From Candidatus Poribacteria bacterium (lineage in GTDB: Bacteria; Poribacteria; WGA-4E; PCPOR2b): DNA of 64,000 nucleotides. Shown in pieces: positions 60,602 through 64,000 of this stretch (its first letter is position 1; each line of letters starts with the position of its first letter). Below the pieces are notes generated by a model. It searched no databases, was not told the DNA's origin, and saw only the letters and a list, made by a program, of their open reading frames with translations. The translations under genes were made by a program, and so were the position numbers. The DNA is taken from assembly GCA_965215015.1 (NCBI GenBank), contig OZ244042.1:3904001-3968000 (forward strand), written 5' to 3'.

Positions 60602-61678
60602 ATGCCACAGCTTTTCGGAAATCAGTACACTAAACAGCAACTGTTAGAATTGGTTGGGGATATGACCCAATTGGCAGGAGCTCGCCGAGCGGAGTTGATG
60701 GAAGGAAACGAACGGGGCTCCGATTTGATTGAAGTTTTCAACGCTTCTGGCCTCTGTTTTTCAATCCTGCCGGGGCGTTCCCTTGATGTCGCTTCTGCCC
60801 ACTATAGGGGGATGTCCCTGTGCTTTCGTGGCAACACCGGCGATGTGGGGCCCGCCTTCTATGAACCCCAGGGCTATGGATGGATGCGTGGTTTTTTTGG
60901 TGGTTTGGTGACCAGCTGCGGTATGACCTTCACCGGCCATCCTGAAGTGGATCCCAAAGAAGAAAATGAGGAGCTTGGACTTCACGGGCGTCTTTCCTTT
61001 ATTCCAGCCAAAGGTGTTGTCGCTGAGTGCGGATGGGAAGGGGAGGATTACGTAGTGCGTGTCCGAGGAAAGATGCGTGAGGCGGTGGTCTTTGGAACTA
61101 ATTTGGAGCTGACCCGAGAAATCTCTACAGTGCTAGGCGAAAAATGTCTGCGGATTTATGACCGCATTGAGAATCTCAGTGTGGACCGCTCGCCGTTGAT
61201 GTTTGTCTACCATACGAACCCCGGTTTTCCAATCTTGGACGCCGGCAGCCGCGTGGTAATCAACAGTGAGAAGAGCACGGAATGGTTGGAAGATCGGGAG
61301 GTCAGCCCTGGAGACTACACTGTGGCCCGTGGACCGCAGCAGGAGGCGCACGACGATGTATACATACACCGGCCCATCGCAGATGAGGGGGAGAACGTAC
61401 ATGTCGGTCTGGTTAACGACAATCTACAACTTGGACTTTACTGGAAATTCCCTATTAAAGAGATGCCTATCGTTACCCATTGGCAACACTTCCACAGAGG
61501 CACTTATGTAACCGGCATCGAACCGGGCAATGTCAGTATGTTGGGGCGCGCCTGGAATCGTAAGCAGGGATATTTACAATATATCCAGCCCGGTGAAACC
61601 CGTGAATTTCATCTGGAAATTGGAATTCTAGAGGGTGAGAGTGAAATTCGTGCGCTGGAGCAGCGGATGGGTGGGTAA
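60602..61678 (+). CDS. Aldose 1-epimerase-like (DUF4432) protein
   Basis: GGLVTSCG, LHGRLS, YHTNPGFP and YVTGIEP motifs. Confidence 0.85.
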   Translation: MPQLFGNQYTKQQLLELVGDMTQLAGARRAELMEGNERGSDLIEVFNASGLCFSILPGRSLDVASAHYRGMSLCFRGNTGDVGPAFYEPQGYGWMRGFFGGLVTSCGMTFTGHPEVDPKEENEELGLHGRLSFIPAKGVVAECGWEGEDYVVRVRGKMREAVVFGTNLELTREISTVLGEKCLRIYDRIENLSVDRSPLMFVYHTNPGFPILDAGSRVVINSEKSTEWLEDREVSPGDYTVARGPQQEAHDDVYIHRPIADEGENVHVGLVNDNLQLGLYWKFPIKEMPIVTHWQHFHRGTYVTGIEPGNVSMLGRAWNRKQGYLQYIQPGETREFHLEIGILEGESEIRALEQRMGG

Positions 61679-61705
61679 TCGTTAGGCTCTTAAACCTGTT
61701 AAAAA

Positions 61706-62173
61706 TCATGGAAGCAGGTGTTCACATTCCCGACACTTCCATTTTCTTTTTAAAAATGGAAGAGGAATGCTTAAAATTGCCCAAGAGGCGAACACCAGTC
61801 GGCGTGAGAATTTCTCATAATACACATTTTCTGATCCACATTTTGGACAACGGATCTCGCTATTATCGTCGCTTTCCTGATCCGCCTCAGAATCCGCCGG
61901 GGCTGACTCCTCCCTGATTACATCGGGATTCAAAACAGCTTGGAGGATTTCTTTCGCTCGCTCGACATCTGATGCCTTTACCCGCACTCCAACACCGCCA
62001 ATGGCATTTGAGTAGAGCCAATTCATAGTGACAGTGTGCTCATTAGTAACAAAACACTCGATACCCTCTGATTCTAACCATGCCACAACCGGATCTGCTT
62101 CGGTGGGATGACTAAACTTAGCGACTGTTATGAACTCCTCTCTGTCTGTGTCGGGATTCGGGGCAACTGGCAT
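61706..62173 (-). CDS. DUF2007 domain protein with C-terminal zinc ribbon
   Basis: LESEGIECFV, SNAIGGVGVRV and CPKCGS...WKCRECEH motifs. Confidence 0.85.
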   Translation of the reverse strand: MPVAPNPDTDREEFITVAKFSHPTEADPVVAWLESEGIECFVTNEHTVTMNWLYSNAIGGVGVRVKASDVERAKEILQAVLNPDVIREESAPADSEADQESDDNSEIRCPKCGSENVYYEKFSRRLVFASWAILSIPLPFLKRKWKCRECEHLLP

Positions 62174-62241
62174 TTTTCAGCTCCTTTATTGAAAACGAAA
62201 AAGCACAGATTGTTTCGCGGTGGGCCATAGTTAACAAAAAG

Positions 62242-62700
62242 ATGATTATACTCCTCGTTTTGTCTGTCGCTTTTGGTTATATCTTTTGCCTCATCCGCGC
62301 AAGCACAGCCTCATACGACATCCTTCAATTCAGTTCAATGCAAAGGGTTAATCGTAACTGACCTACTTGGTAGACCTGCCATTATATTAAAAACTAGCCA
62401 TCCAACAGAAAACAGCATAGTCATACATAACACAAGAGGAAGACAAGCAATCGGTCTATTTGCCAGCACCGATACAAATAGTATATCTATATACCGAAAA
62501 TTAAACAAACCACAAATGATCTAGCTATTGATCGGTCAGGACCAGTAATAGGTATGACCGATGAGATACATAGCAGGAACCTCCCAAGTTTTACTATCCA
62601 CCCACCCGTACGTAGAAAACCTAATGTTAATCAACGATAACAAGAGGGGTAAACTTGCAATCAACCTACTTGTTCATCCACAACATAGGTACTCGCATAA
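62242..62700 (+). pseudogene. Degraded secreted-protein gene
   Basis: Signal peptide split by a frameshift (MIILLVLSVA/LVISFASSAQAQ), then FNSVQCKGLIVTD...GRPAI, premature stop; AT-rich. Confidence 0.45.
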
Positions 62701-62821
62701 ATACCTAACTCCAACACATCTTGACGCTTCATAGATCACCCCGTTCAGAATTTATTAAATTGTTGGTTATAATCTAAATACAGTGTTAGTGCATTCTATA
62801 AAAGCACAGATTGTCAAGTGG

Positions 62822-64000
62822 TTAAGCCACTCTTGTGACATAAACGTAGTAAGCACCGATCGACCCCCCTGTATCATCAGTCAGAAATGTCCGTAGCTGC
62901 ATCTCACCGGCGGTGAGACGAAACCTAAACGTAACCCCCTTTGCGGCCGAATGAATTGACTGTGTAGCCTCCTGATTACCGACACATAGGCGGGCAGTTT
63001 TCAAATTGAGAGCTGCCCCACCATGATACCAATCGATGATTTCACCGGGAATCCCGGCGGTAAGTGGCTTATCCTCCTCCTTGGGCCACCGACGCAGCTC
63101 AAAAGCATATTCTCCATCTGCAGCGATTTCGATTGCCCAATGTCCGTTACACACAAGTCCCTGACGCACCTGTCCCTGATTCCAAGCGTGATTTTCGCCG
63201 TGCCAATCGTGACTGGTCAAGACGGACACTTTTTCGTTCGCCGTGCCCAGCACAATCGGAGGGTCTTCATCAAAACGTGGCGACACCAGTTCCCACCACG
63301 CTTCGTAATGTCGCCGCAATTCCTCGACAATCTCCGGATGCTCAGGGGCGATATCGTTTCGTTGTTCCGGATCCGTTTCTATATCGTAGAGTTCAACGCC
63401 GTTAATCAGACGCCAACGTTGCGTCATGGTCGCGCTCTGCTTCCACTTAATCGGATGTTCAACCCGCTGGGAGTCCGTCACGATGGTGCGTTCAGGCAAT
63501 GTTTCCGTTTCTCCCCTGAGAAGTGGTGCGAGGCTCATGCCGTGAAAACTGCCTGCTCCGAAACCAATCTGTGAAACCTCTAACTGGCAGAGGTCAATTA
63601 ACGTTGGGAGTAGATCGATATTCGCGGTGAGTTGGTCAATATCCCTGCCTTCCGTGAATCCACCATTGGGCCAATACATGAAAAGCGGTACACGATGCCC
63701 CCCCTCATATTCCGAGCCTTTCCGCCCCCGCCTTCCAGCGTTGAAACCTTCCCTGACGAATTGATTCTGGTCAAGCGTACAACCTTCAGCAGAGCCGTTG
63801 TCAGTCATAAAAATAAGAATTGTGTTATCTTCAATCCCAAGCTCCCCGAGATGATTCCTGAGTCGCGCCAGATTCTCGTCGATATTAATAATCATACCAT
63901 AAAAGTTTGCCCTTGTATCGGGAATGCGTCCGCGATACGGTTCACTGTAGGTATTCGGGACACGGTAGGGACCGTGTGGGGCGTTGGTTGGAAGGTAGCA
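62822..64000 (-). CDS. Arylsulfatase (partial, 5' end beyond the window)
   Basis: Frame open to 64000: CYLPTNAPHGPY...FYGMIINIDEN...FMTDNG...KGSEYEGGHRVP...LYDIETDPEQ. Confidence 0.93.
   Translation of the reverse strand, partial: CYLPTNAPHGPYRVPNTYSEPYRGRIPDTRANFYGMIINIDENLARLRNHLGELGIEDNTILIFMTDNGSAEGCTLDQNQFVREGFNAGRRGRKGSEYEGGHRVPLFMYWPNGGFTEGRDIDQLTANIDLLPTLIDLCQLEVSQIGFGAGSFHGMSLAPLLRGETETLPERTIVTDSQRVEHPIKWKQSATMTQRWRLINGVELYDIETDPEQRNDIAPEHPEIVEELRRHYEAWWELVSPRFDEDPPIVLGTANEKVSVLTSHDWHGENHAWNQGQVRQGLVCNGHWAIEIAADGEYAFELRRWPKEEDKPLTAGIPGEIIDWYHGGAALNLKTARLCVGNQEATQSIHSAAKGVTFRFRLTAGEMQLRTFLTDDTGGSIGAYYVYVTRVA

Noticed and set aside
1-64000. tRNA/rRNA genes, prophage, integrase, defence operon
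   Set aside because: No cloverleaf, rRNA signature or corresponding protein motifs were seen by eye; tRNAscan-SE, Infernal and DefenseFinder were not run.

Overview
Chromosomal window from a heterotrophic bacterium, most likely Candidatus Poribacteria. This is an inference from three PhyH-family dioxygenases, two sulfatases, several amidohydrolases and Gfo/Idh/MocA enzymes, a DUF6785-like membrane protein, and a giant secreted protein ending in the 'YPNPFNPETWIPY...TRKMLILK' sorting domain. The left 36 kb is accessory catabolic genes interspersed with internally deleted pseudogenes and mosaic GTAG-type REP clusters. The right part is housekeeping: ECF sigma/anti-sigma, rimP-nusA-ylxR-infB-DUF503-rbfA-nrnA-truB-ribF, rpsO-pnp, gcvTHP and trkAH. 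No rRNA, tRNA or CRISPR array was seen. Most notable observations: (1) short TGTTAG-N7/8-CTAACA micro-palindromes that look inserted into other repeats, one of them at the deletion junction of a tnpB mini-element; (2) a 2292-aa modular surface protein with a tandemly duplicated upstream promoter/operator block, bracketed by two copies of a shared promoter-like sequence; (3) two internally deleted IS605/tnpB remnants; (4) an unannotated 59-aa membrane zinc-ribbon gene; (5) candidate attenuators. All calls are by eye, without database searches.
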